Notes: generated by a model from the letters alone, not told the origin. DNA of 32,000 nucleotides from Candidatus Saccharimonadota bacterium (GCA_000503875.1 CP006913.1:1020001-1052000), one strand, 5' to 3'; counted from the stretch's first letter, positions 20,915 to 31,936 are shown. A program made the numbers and translations.

Positions 20915-22375
20915 ATGAATAATCACAAAAAAAGAAATTTATTACTTATCTTTCTCATAGGTCGATTGGGCTTTATTTTTTTCGATGGTGTTTTTAATAA
21001 AGAAAAAGAAGCAGAAAATAGAGTATATTTCAAAAATATAGGTATAGAATATCAAGCAGAACAACACAGTTCGGCTCCTGAAGAACAAAAAGAAGAAAAA
21101 GACATAAATGCAGAGATCCAAAAAAAGTTTCAAAATCAAAAAAATAGTTTGCAAGACATAAAAACATTAGAATATATATATAAACAAGAAAAATCTCCAA
21201 AAATTCTCAAAGAAATAATTAAAAAACAAGCACAAAATTATAATTTCAATGAAGCACGAAGTAATATCCAAATTTTAGAAAAACAATGAGAATCGGTTGA
21301 TATCCATTTGTTTTTGTATGTATATCTCAATAGCAACAATCTTAATATTACTCAAAAAGAAAGTATTAAAAAACTTCCTCCATTATTGGATATAGCTGTT
21401 CAAAAAAATTTAATTGGAAATGAAGATTATTTATTTTATGGATGACTTATTGAAATTCGAAACAAAAATTATACCAAAGCACTTGAAAAGCGACAACAAA
21501 TAAAAACACCACAGTATCAGCCTATTATTATTAGTTTTCAAAAAGCTATTAAAAGTTATGATTCATCCAAGACTATTCCTGCATATTATCAAGATGGCTT
21601 GGTAGCTTTGGCTGCATTAAAAAATGGTTATTTTACCATTGCAAGAAAAATATCTTTAGAGACAATTTTACAAGACGACAACTATATTCTACCATACCAA
21701 ATTCTTTCTTACGCTCATTTTTTAACAAACAATCGAGATACCGCTATAGAATATTTTCTAAAACTGGCTAACTTTGATAAAAAAAACACAGAAACGTATC
21801 AGTTTTTGGTAGGAGTATCTTATTATCGAAAAAGCGATTTCACTTCGTCAATACTTTATTTAGCACAGAACAAAAGCGGGAAATATCAAACAGATACATT
21901 AAGATATTTAATTGTAAATTATTTGGAAATAAAAGAATATCAAAAAGCTATTGAGTCTTGGCAAAAATTATTGGGACAGACTGATATTAAAAATTCTGAT
22001 TTTTTTCATTATTTTTATAATGTTTTTTATAAAGGATATTTTTCACAAAATAAAACACTTTATGAAACAAACGAACAATTGCCTATATTATATATCCAAG
22101 AATGCGAAAAAAAATTAGGCATAGATGACGATGTCTGTATCTATGGAAGAATTTGATCAGAAATTATTGATAATCAATTATCTCCAGCAAATGAAGTTGA
22201 ATTAATTAGTTTGGGTGAACAATACAATCAAAGCTATCTTTATCATATTTTATGAGACATAAACAACAAATTAGGGAAAAAAGAAGAAGCAAAAAAATGG
22301 TACGCAAAAACCATTGCAAGTTCTCAAGATCCTAAAGAAATAGATTTTGTACAAAAAAAACTCACTACTTTTTAA
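20915..22375 (+). CDS. membrane-anchored TPR-like repeat protein (486 aa)
   Basis: ATG 20915 (MNNHKKRNLLLIFLIGRLGFIFF). The frame fuses track ORFs 20897..21289 and 21599..22156 through TGA. TPR-like helices include AIEYFLKLANFDKKNTETYQFLVGVSYYRKSDF, YQKAIESWQKLL and EEAKKWYAKTIA. TAA at 22373-22375. Confidence 0.7.
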
Positions 22376-23228
22376 TTTTATTATACATTTCATACCAATA
22401 ATACGCGAAAAAAGCTCTAATAAAGCTACTCATATACGCACCAAAAATGACAAGAAGAAAGAAAACAAGATACACAAGTGATTTTACCCACCAGAAATTA
22501 ATAATTCCCCAAGAAATAGATAAATACATTAAAAGAATAGGAATACCTATAATCAAGACAATATTTAACGAAAAATTAATTAATAATAGTGTTTGCATTT
22601 TCATATATCTATATGTTTCTTTGAACGAACCAAATACTGTAATAAAGCTGGCTTTAATAGCATCAGAAACTCACATTTGTTGAAGAACAATAAAATATCT
22701 TGTATAAATTTTCAATGTATTAATAAGAACCATCAAAATAAACCAGATTAAAAATAATGAAACAACTCGTAAAGAAGTCACATTATCCAACAAAAAGACT
22801 TTATACGCAGAAATAAAAAGAGAAATAGGGGAAAAAACCAAAGAAACAAACCCATATTCAAACATAGGGAAAAAGTAATTCATTGCTGCTTTTAATGAAT
22901 GACGAATGCTCTTTTGCCAATGTAAGTAATGAATAACCGCTGCTTGTCCAATAGGATATACAAAAGAATAAAAAAAGAAGAGAACTATTGTTATCCCTAT
23001 GACCCAAGCAACAACGTGATTTTTGTTGATTTCTCAAATTAAAAATTCAGCAATTTTACCTATATATAGACCATTTTCATAATGGTTAACAAAAAGTTTA
23101 TTCGTATGTAAAATCAACAATAAGGTAACAATCAATGAATGAAAAAAAGAAGTCAGAAAGGTAATTCTGATAATATTTGCATCTGAGGACATATGTTGAA
23201 TACTACGTTTAATAATATCTTTATGCAT
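22365..23228 (-). CDS. polytopic membrane protein, last gene of the ECF sigma cluster (287 aa)
   Basis: Track ORFs 23034..23228, 22671..22883 and 22365..22604 share one frame and are joined by TGA (23034-23036, 22671-22673). TAG stop at 22365-22367 overlaps the convergent TPR gene by 11 nt. Confidence 0.7.
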
Positions 23229-23290
23229 AAAATAGAAAAAGAAGTAAACAACAATACTATCTTTATTGGAACAAAACTTTCAAGAGAAAA

Positions 23291-23797
23291 TTAGCGATTA
23301 CGTAAACGAAGAATATATTGTTTTAGAAGAGAAATTTCTGTTTTTAATGAATCAAGATTTGCTCTTATTTGTTGACGATGTTTTTGAAAATCAGACAAAG
23401 AGCAATCTTTTTCTATTTGGGAAGAGAGGGTTTCGAGATTTTTGGCAAGAGATGAAAAATTTTTGATATCGAAACCTATTTTAGACGACAAAACAATTAA
23501 TCAAGACAATTTTTTTGATGCTTCTTGGGCTTTTATAACCAAATTATTTCTAATTAATATTTGATCTCAAGATATACAAGAACCAGTATTTGTTGAAAGA
23601 GCTTGTCTTCTTGGTGCCAATAAACGCTGAAGTTCCTGTTTTAAACCAATTTTTTGAGAAAATCCAGTAGCGGATCCCGAATATTGTTGCTGTTGGGTTG
23701 TTTTTAATCTAAGGGGAGATATTCTTGCAGGTTCTTTTGCAAAGGTAAAGCTACCAAGCAGAAAGAAACAAATAAGAATAAATAATACGTTTTTCAT
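23291..23797 (-). CDS. secreted protein with C-terminal coiled coil (168 aa)
   Basis: ATG 23795-23797. Signal MKNVLFILICFFLLGSFTFA. Continues through TGA 23567-23569 and 23501-23503 into track ORF 23291..23491. TAA stop. Confidence 0.6.
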
Positions 23798-23815
23798 AAT
23801 AAGTAGAGATAACAA

Positions 23816-24193
23816 CTAAATCAAAGTTTCTAATTCAGACAAAAGATTTTCGGTTTCCAAAAGAGTTAATTCAATATTATCTAAATCTTGTGATTTAACT
23901 AAGATAGGATCATTTGATATAGTATTTTCTGTGATATAGGTAATAGAAGAATCTTTCGGAACGGAAGCAATTTCTTTATTAGTAAATTTTTCAACTGAAG
24001 GAGAATTAGAATATGTTTTCAAGTACAATCGTGAAAAAAGTATAACAACACCCAGAAACAATGAATATCCAGAAATTGCTTTTACAAAAAGACTTCTTTT
24101 TATCAAAGATCATTTTTTGGGATAAACATGGTTCATAACTTTCTGTTTAACCTCATAAGGTACTTGTGATGGAGTTGGAAATACATAAGGCAT
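23816..24193 (-). CDS. single-pass membrane protein in anti-sigma position (125 aa)
   Basis: ATG 24191-24193, 10 nt after the sigma stop. MPYVFPTPSQVPYEVKQKVMNHVYPKK-G-SLIKRSLFVKAISGYSLFLGVVILFS, then an extracytoplasmic tail. No zinc anti-sigma motif was seen, so the call is positional only. Confidence 0.5.
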
Positions 24194-24203
24194 GATAAAA
24201 AGT

Positions 24204-24809
24204 TTAAGATAAAAGTTCATCACGAATTCAATGAAGAATTGATAGTTCGTTAAGCTTCTTTTTGGCATTAAAGAGAGTTGTTCAAACTGAGTTTTTGTTC
24301 GTTCAAAGCATATCTGCAATTTCTTCATATGATTTTTGTTCTTGATAGGCAAGATATAGTATTTCCCTTTGTTCTAAATCTAAATAAGTAAGCATTTTTT
24401 CAAAGATTTTTTGTTTGAAAGAGGAATGAAGACGGTGTTTATGTTCATCAATATAGGCTAAACTCTCTTTGAGATATGTTTGATCCAAGGAAACATTTGA
24501 ATACGTTTTATTTGCTCTTATCCAATCAATAGCTATATTATGTGCAAGACGATAAATAAATCACCTAACATTGGTTAAAGATTGTATTTTGATATATTCA
24601 TAGAGTTTTATAAATACATCACTTGTCAAAGAAACAGTATCGTCATAGTTATAATTAAGGAGATTCCATAGATACGCATATATTTTTTTATGTCGTCTTT
24701 CATATAATTCCTCGAAAGCAGCTACATTTCATCTCTGTACGTCCAAAACCAACTGTTCATCAGACAGAGAAGAAAAAGAAGCAGCAAAAAAGGATATTTT
24801 TCTCATCAT
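24204..24809 (-). CDS. RNA polymerase ECF-type sigma-70 family factor (201 aa)
   Basis: ATG 24807-24809. Region 2: SDEQLVLDVQR-G-NVAAFEELYERRHKKIYAYLWNLL...VR-G-FIYRLAHNIAIDWIR. Region 4: LDLEQREILYLAYQEQKSYEEIADML-G-TNKNSV-G-TTLFNAKKSL. TAA at 24204-24206. Confidence 0.9.
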
Positions 24810-24895
24810 TGTAAATAAAATAAAAGCCTTTTTTGTTGTAGTGTTTTTTCTTCAAAAATACAGACGAAAATTATTGACAAAAATTTTGTATTTTT

Positions 24896-24923
24896 TTGCA
24901 TTTACCAAGGAAATGGTTATAAT
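24896..24923 (+). promoter_or_regulatory. candidate sigma-70-type promoter for the giant ORF
   Basis: TTGCAT (24896-24901), 16-nt spacer, TATAAT (24918-24923). A perfect TTGACA also lies at 24874-24879. This would give a leader of about 120 nt before ATG 25047. Confidence 0.35.
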
Positions 24924-25046
24924 ATAAAATAAGACGCCGATACTTTGCAAAGAAGTATAACGTCGTTTCTATCCAGCGTAGTCGAATAGGAATTTGAAAA
25001 AATCCTATGTGACAGAGGACATATCCTTTACTTTTGTGATATTTCT

Positions 25047-28000
25047 ATGGCAAAAAAACCACATCAAAAGAAAGATTCGGCATTACAAATAACACAACAA
25101 GACACCGAACAGACCAATAAATCACTATCTAAGATAGCTAACAATAAAATTGAGGAATCACTCAAAGAATTTTCTAAATTAAGTGAAAAAGAAAGAGATA
25201 AGTTTCCTTGAAGCAAGGAATTTTTCGAACAATTTTGGGAATATTTTAAACAACAACATCCAAATTTATTAGACGAAATAGACAGTCAAGAAAAACTTAC
25301 CATTTATGTTCAAAATCTTGAAGAAAAAGGATTTTCTATAGAAAATCTTATGAAAAATTCCAAGGAATTACACAAAGACTTTAAAGAAACAAATAACGAA
25401 AAAGAAAGTATTGTCGAAAGTCTAAAACAATTTCAACAACATTGCAACAACCCAGAAAACAAGATGCCAGCAAACATCTTCAATGATTTTGCAAATGACA
25501 TTAATCTAAAAACTACACCAAATATTAGTATAGACAAAAAAACCAAAATATCCAAAATAGGAAATCTTTTTTCTGTTTGGACAAATTATTTAGAAAATAA
25601 TTGAATAAAACTAAAAGATCATCAAAAATCTGAGGCAGAAAAAATTTTATGTCCAAGATATGTACCAACAGAAAGACTCCTGATCAGTGCCACAATCAAA
25701 AAAATCAAAAAAAATCTTCCAGACACACTCATAACAGATTTCGAAGCAGCATTTCCCTTGCCAATAGATATCCATTCCTCATTTGAAAATCTCAAAGATC
25801 TCAAACAACAACGAACACTTTTTCTTGATGGACACAAAAATGTAATAGATGAAAATCTTGCCAAGAAGTTAGACAAAATAATAATTACCAACTGAGATGT
25901 ATATAAAGAACTTCAATATGAAGGAGAAAAAATAGAACGGACAAAATGATTTGGTGAACAAACCGAAAATTTTAGAAGAATGTTTAATTCTTTGGCAACT
26001 CGTCAAATATTTGACGACACAAAAGAAGCTGGATCTTATATAGAACACCATCTAGAACTACTTGGAAAAGAATTCAAAGAATTTCCTCCATATTTTAACG
26101 AATTATTCAACATCTACCCTTATAAACACAAAGATGTAATAGAAAATCAACCAGAATTTAAAACAATATATCAACAACAAGAATCGCTTTTACAAGAGAA
26201 AGAAGCTCTTTTAAACAAAGAAAAACCAGAAAGCGAAAAAAACAAATCTTTGGAACAACGAAGAGAGGAAAATTATCAAGAAGTACTCAAAGCAAAAGAA
26301 GATCTAAATGCTATCAAACGAAAAGCTTATGCAGCATATATTAATCAAAAAAATCCAGAATTGGGAACTATGGTAAGCGCTCTTGTGGAAAATAAATTTG
26401 ATATGGCCAAACTTTCCAAATCTGATCAACAAAAAATAGTGAATATTTTGGTAACAAAAAAATTGGGCGATAGTATCAAAAATCAAATTCCCCAGACACT
26501 AAAATTAGATCCAAAAGAATACAAAGAATTCGTAGAGAATCTCTTTGATCTCAATCAACAAGATATCGTTATCCCGACACAATACGGAAATATCCCCCTC
26601 CATTTTCTAGAAAAAAGTTTTTTTTGAGGACCAACAAAAGAAGCAATGGAAATCAACAATTCAGGGACTATAATAACTGAAAAGCATAATTTACCTCTGA
26701 ATTTTAAAGTAGAAATTACTGAACAAAATAAGGAATTTTTTGAAGACAATATCATATTTGATGATCTATTCAAATCATTTAATAGCAAAAAATGACCAGT
26801 AAGATTAAATGATAGTTATAAAGTATCTATCAAACGTAAAGATTGAACTAGCGTAGAATGATATCTTTCTCAACAAATACCAACAAAGGAACTTGAAGAG
26901 GAAATAGAAAGTGGGGCTATAAGAAATGGATGGTTTCTTTATTCGCAACCTATTACAAGACCTGAAGATGCTGATGAAAGAAAAATTATCACGCGAGAAT
27001 GAACACCAGGAGGAACACCAGTAGCTATACCAGAAACCAAAGAAAATGAATATGATATAGATATTGTTTCCAAAGAAATAAATCTGAATGGAGAAGCTAT
27101 CTGAGCTTTGCTATTTTCGCATACTTTAGGTCAATATAATGTAAAGAATGACCTTACTAAAGATCAAGAAAAAAAACTTGCACAAAAATTTGGTAAATTA
27201 GACAAAAACACTGTCTACAAAGATGTAGATGTATTAGACAAAATAATAGATCAAGATAAAAGACAAGAAGAAAAACCTAGAGAAAAAACCAGAGAAAAAG
27301 AATATGAAGAATTTTTAGAAGAACGAAAAAATCTAAGAGGATATCAAGAAAAAGGTAAGTCAGAAGAAAAAACATATGGATTCAAAAAATGAGCAAAATT
27401 ATTGATACAATGACCAGAAAGTTGATTTGAACCAATATGATCTTTCCAATATATTAATGCGGAAATCAGTAATATAGACAAGGAATTAGGTGTTTTTAAG
27501 GTGAAATTTACAGGAAGTGAGCAAAGCTTAGGAAAATATGAAGGAACGGAAAAACAATTTTCTCTTGCAAAAAAATGATTACAAAAATTTAAAGATGTAT
27601 TTGAAGAAAACAAAATTTTCAAACTTCCAAACGAAAATATATGTAATGACATAAAGAGCGTAATATCAACATTTGAAGATAATAAAATAGATAATGTAGA
27701 ACCTGGAGCAAGTTTTCAGTGAACAAGTCGAAATGGAAATAATTTTGTAATAGATATGGGTAAAGAAGAGTGAAAAGAAGTAACTCATTTTGGGGTTATA
27801 GAGACATTACCTGGCGAGAGTCAAAATGAAGAAAGCAAAACAGGATATATGTACAAAATAGAACACGAACCATTAAAAAAACGCTTTAAAGTTATTGCTA
27901 ATGACAAAGAAAAAACAACTATACACTTGGATTATCCAAATTTTGTATTATTTGTAGCGAGCAAAAAACTTCAACCAAAAACAGAAGAATCTTCAAAATG

Positions 28001-30338
28001 AATAGATATTCCAGAAAAAGAATGACCAACTATAGATAAACCCAAGAAACGAAAATGATACAGTATAGCCAGTGTGCTTGGATTAGTCAAAAATTTTGGA
28101 AAAAAAATAGGTGATAGTTTAAAAAAATACGAAGAAGAACAAATAGAAGAATTAACAGAAGATATGTTTTTTCATGGAAAGCTTTTTCATAAACTAGCGT
28201 GAATTATGCCAACCAAAAAACTTCAAGAATCTTTTGAAAATGTAGGAGACGAATATCTTATAGAAAGAGACAATAAAGTTTGGAAAAAAATAGAAAAATA
28301 TCAAAAATTTTACGAATCAGATCCTGATTTTGGTGGTGATTATCTTTGGACACAAAGGATCCAACCATATTTAGAAGGCAAAAAACCTTTTAAAGATCAT
28401 CATCAAGCTGCGGCCATGTTATTGGCTACAACAAAGAAATGAAAAGGTCCATATAGTAGAAATACTGATCGAGCAGGAAAAGGAAATCGAGTAAGGATTC
28501 TTTTTGGAGAATGACACCAAAAAAGATATCTTTTGATGAAAGAAAAGCTTCAAAGAGAGTTAGATCAAGGATACAAAGTACACGGTCAGATATGGGCAGA
28601 TAATCTCCAAAATGAAATATTAAAATTGGAAATGAAATATATTACCCATTGTATAGATGGAAGACAGTTAAGAGTCGGATGATCAAACGACGATACACCA
28701 CAATTAGAAGGAATGTATTCAAAAAAATTTGCTTCGACATTAGAAGAAGAAACAAATAAATTTTTTTCCGAATCAGTAAGTGGTAGCTCAAAAGAAAAGG
28801 GCTATAGTTTTGAACTTGCCAGATTTGAATATTTTAGATTATTAGCAGATAGACCTCAACAAGCAATTCCTTGTCTCAAACAAATTGCAGCCAAAGCAGT
28901 GACACCTAATCAATGGAGGGTATTTGAAAGCGCTGTTTTGACAGGAATGTTATCATGAGCTTTTTATAACATTACCCAAGAAGACAAAAGTTTTATTCAA
29001 AAAATATGTAGAGCTATTGGATTTTTACCAGGTATGTGGATTAGAGATCCAAATCATCACCATAAAGTAGAACATTTTATCAAAATAGCCACAGGAGAAG
29101 ATATAGTTTGATATGAGAAAAAAGATGATAAAATAATACCATACAAAAGTGATAAATTTTGATTTTGAAAATGAAAAGATTTAGATCAATTTAAGAAAGT
29201 TGCTGGATATGATAATGGATTAAATTTACGACTTACATGATCAAAAAAAGAATGAGCGCCAAGTCGTCTCAAACAAATTGCTGAATTTGCTGCAATGAAA
29301 TGACAAAATTTCGAATGAAAATCTCTTATTGAATTAATTAATGATCCAAGAACCCCAATAGAAACAATATATCTTCTCAAAGAAATAGAAAAAAGAAGTT
29401 TAGAAAAAGATGAAGAAGTTGATCCAGATATCAAAATGAATGGATACGGACTAGAACAAAATATCTTGGCAAAAAACCAGAGTCTTATAGATGAGATTAC
29501 TGATTTTCAAGAAGGTAAATTTAAAGGAAAAAATAAAGATGAAATTCAATGAATTCAAACAGCACGAAGTAGAATAGCAAAAGACATTCCAAGAAAAGAA
29601 ATAAAAGACAAGAATCAAGTAATCTATCTCCTTAAAAAATTTATGAATTGGTTTGAAGGAAGATGATTTAATACAGAAGAAAAGAAATTTCTTGTAAGGA
29701 CGTTATTAACAGCAAAAGAAGAAATAAATAAAGGTCACTGACAAAGTGCTGATGAAATGTTGTGGTATGTAACTGTAGGAAATATTGTAAAAAATTCTGG
29801 AAATGGACAAGCACCAGACGAATTAATAAATGGACTCGAAGCGTTCAAAGATTTTTTCAAAAACAACTTAAATACTATTCTTGAATCAGATGTAATAGAA
29901 CAAAGCTTGGGAAGTATGTACCTTGAAGCAAAAAACAAATGAGCTTTTGAAGTAGGACCTTGGGAAGAATATGTTGATCTCACAAAAAATAAATTTTTTA
30001 TAGGAAGATCCAAAGAAGAAAATAAAATAAGAAATGAGAAACAAAAAAAATATAAAAATCCCGAAATAATTAATGAAAAAATATATGAAATTGCAAAACA
30101 AGTAAATCAAAGAAACCACATAGAAAATAAATTTGATAGATATTTCAATCTTGACGCTACGAAAACAATATCTGAAAAGCTTCATGAAACTCTTGAAAAG
30201 AAAAATATTCGTTTTAAAAATCCAGAAACTGCAGGGAAAATAAGACATATTCTTTCTGAAAAAGATAATTCAGAGAACCTTTCTGATGATGATTTGGCTG
30301 CTGCTGCTCAAATGGAAGAAGATCAATATTATAGTTAA
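25047..30338 (+). CDS. giant orphan protein, 1763 aa, Lys/Glu-rich, no recognisable domain
   Basis: ATG 25047. I translated the whole frame by hand. It has no TAA/TAG for 1763 codons and 37 in-frame TGA by my count. It fuses track ORFs 25350, 25980, 27108, 28206, 28713 and 29757. TAA at 30336-30338. No signal peptide or TM-length hydrophobic stretch was noticed. Confidence 0.8.
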
Positions 30339-30381
30339 TAGTTTTTTTAACAAAAAAATAAGCATTGCTGCTTATCTAGAT

Positions 30382-31275
30382 TTAATTCGAGGGATGAGGG
30401 GATTGAACCCCCGACTGCGGTTCCGAAGACCGTCATGTTACCACTACACCAATCCCTCATAGATTGAACTGCCCTTAACTTTTCATCAAAAATTTAACAA
30501 TTCACGACTGTATTTGATCAAGAACTTCTTGTTTACCTTTTTCTGGTATCTGGGTATCAGACAACAAAAACGCAACAAGCTTATCTCTCATCTCTTCAGT
30601 GAAAGCTTTTTTACTTATTTTCTCAAACTTTTCAATAGCTTCGTGCCATTTAGCAAATACTTCCAACAACTCCCAATCATTAGAAGATATTTGATAAATA
30701 ATTCCATTATTTGTTTCTACAAGATCTTTTTTGAGAAAGAGTCCTTGCTGTTGAAGCTGTATAATAATTTCATCTAAATATTCTTGATAATGCAAATATT
30801 GTCAAAACAAAGGAAGCTGAATTTTTATGGACATCAATTCCCCTGCTTTCGATTCAAATTTTCCGTATAACAACGTTAATCCATACAACAACGATATTTT
30901 TTCTTCTATTGAATCAAATTTCCAGTTACAAGGCGCAGGAATCACAAAATCTACATCCCCGCGTGCCCCTGGCCAAAAATACTTCTGTTCCCCGCTGACT
31001 TCGTCAAACGATACAAACAACCCATATCCCTGCGCCATTGCATCACTTTTCAGATTCAACAATCAACATCCAGAATTTTTTACAAAAATCAAATTCATTC
31101 AATCACCAAAATGTTTGAGATTAACTAATTTAAAATCTTTTTTATGAAGAACAACCATTCATTTATCTCGATCAGAAAATTGATACCCAGCAACCTGATA
31201 GGTATATTGTTTTACCTGAAGTATTTCTGGGTGTTCAACGCACAACAAATTATGCTGATCAATGACAAGTTTCAT
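30382..31275 (-). CDS. hypothetical protein downstream of grpE; under code 25 the frame reads through the tRNA gene
   Basis: ATG 31273-31275 (MKLVIDQHNLLCVEHPEILQ...). It fuses track ORFs 30802..31062 and 30502..30795 via TGA. The protein-like sequence ends ...EVLDQIQS at TGA 30502-30504. The next TAA/TAG in frame is 30382-30384, beyond the tRNA. Confidence 0.55.
30388..30458 (-). tRNA. tRNA-Arg (anticodon UCG), 71 nt, no encoded CCA
   Basis: Minus-strand sequence: GAGGGATTGGTGTAGTGGTAACATGACGGTCTTCGGAACCGCAGTCGGGGGTTCAATCCCCTCATCCCTCG. It has a 7-bp acceptor stem (GAGGGAT with ATCCCTC), U8, A14, GG in the D-loop and a T-loop TTCAATC. The anticodon loop CTTCGGA gives UCG. There is one A-C mismatch at the top of the anticodon stem. 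Confidence 0.8.
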
Positions 31276-31306
31276 AGACACACAAATATAAGATAAACAT
31301 TATTAT

Positions 31307-31933
31307 CTATGCTCAAATAACAACTTTGCTAGGTACAATAACTGTTCTTTGACCGTTTCTTTCTATATAGAATCCTTGTTGAAAAACTTGTACGATTTTA
31401 CCTTTTTGAGATTCATCCTCTACTGGCAATGTAGATAACGGTTCATGTAATAAACTATCAGGAGCAAGTCCCAAAGATTCAATAGGATAAATATCAAACG
31501 ATGCTAATGTTTTTAACATATTGTCATATACCATTTTTACTCATTGGACAAAAGAATCATTATCCTTTGTTGTATCAGTATGATCCAAGGAAGATTTAAG
31601 CTGATCTATTACTGGAAAAAGCTTTTTCATGTATTTAATTAAGGTATCTATTTCCATTGATTTTTCTTTTTCCAAAGACAATCTCTGTAATCTATCAAAA
31701 TCTGTTTTTAGGTTTATATAATCATACTGAACTTTTTTGGCTATATCCAAAGCCTCTTGTTTTTCTTTTTCCAACAAAGAAATTTTTTCTTTATATTCAT
31801 TTTTTTGTTGTTCAGAAGAAATTGTTTCTTCATCAAGTTTATCTTGTTGAACTTTTTTCAAAGCTTCTTCCAAAGAAGTATCTTCTTGAGAGATTTTATT
31901 CTCATCTTTTTTATGTTCGTCTTTTTTTGTCAT
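31307..31933 (-). CDS. grpE: nucleotide exchange factor GrpE (208 aa)
   Basis: ATG 31931-31933. Track ORFs 31541..31933 and 31313..31534 are joined by TGA 31541-31543. Motifs: YDYINLKTDFDRLQRLSLEKEK, LFPVIDQL, GVKMVYDNMLKTL, SLLHEPLS, VQVFQQGFYIERNGQRTVIVPSKVVI. Then TGA 31313-31315, Ala and TAG 31307-31309. Confidence 0.9.
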
Positions 31934-31936
31934 AAT

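Noticed and set aside
24205-24352. The N-terminal part of track ORF 24110..24352 as a separate gene.
   Set aside because: It overlaps, out of frame, the well-conserved region 4 of the sigma factor. Only the part downstream of the sigma stop (from ATG 24193) is kept as the anti-sigma-position gene.
29061-29075. An HxxEH (inverted zincin, M16-like) motif, HKVEH, inside the giant protein.
   Set aside because: It is an isolated pentapeptide next to a His run (NHHH). No downstream Glu-containing block or other M16 features were noticed, so it is likely a chance match.
30388-30458. The tRNA could be the UGA-decoding tRNA-Gly(UCA) that implements the recoding.
   Set aside because: My cloverleaf places CTTCGGA as the anticodon loop, giving anticodon UCG (Arg), not UCA.
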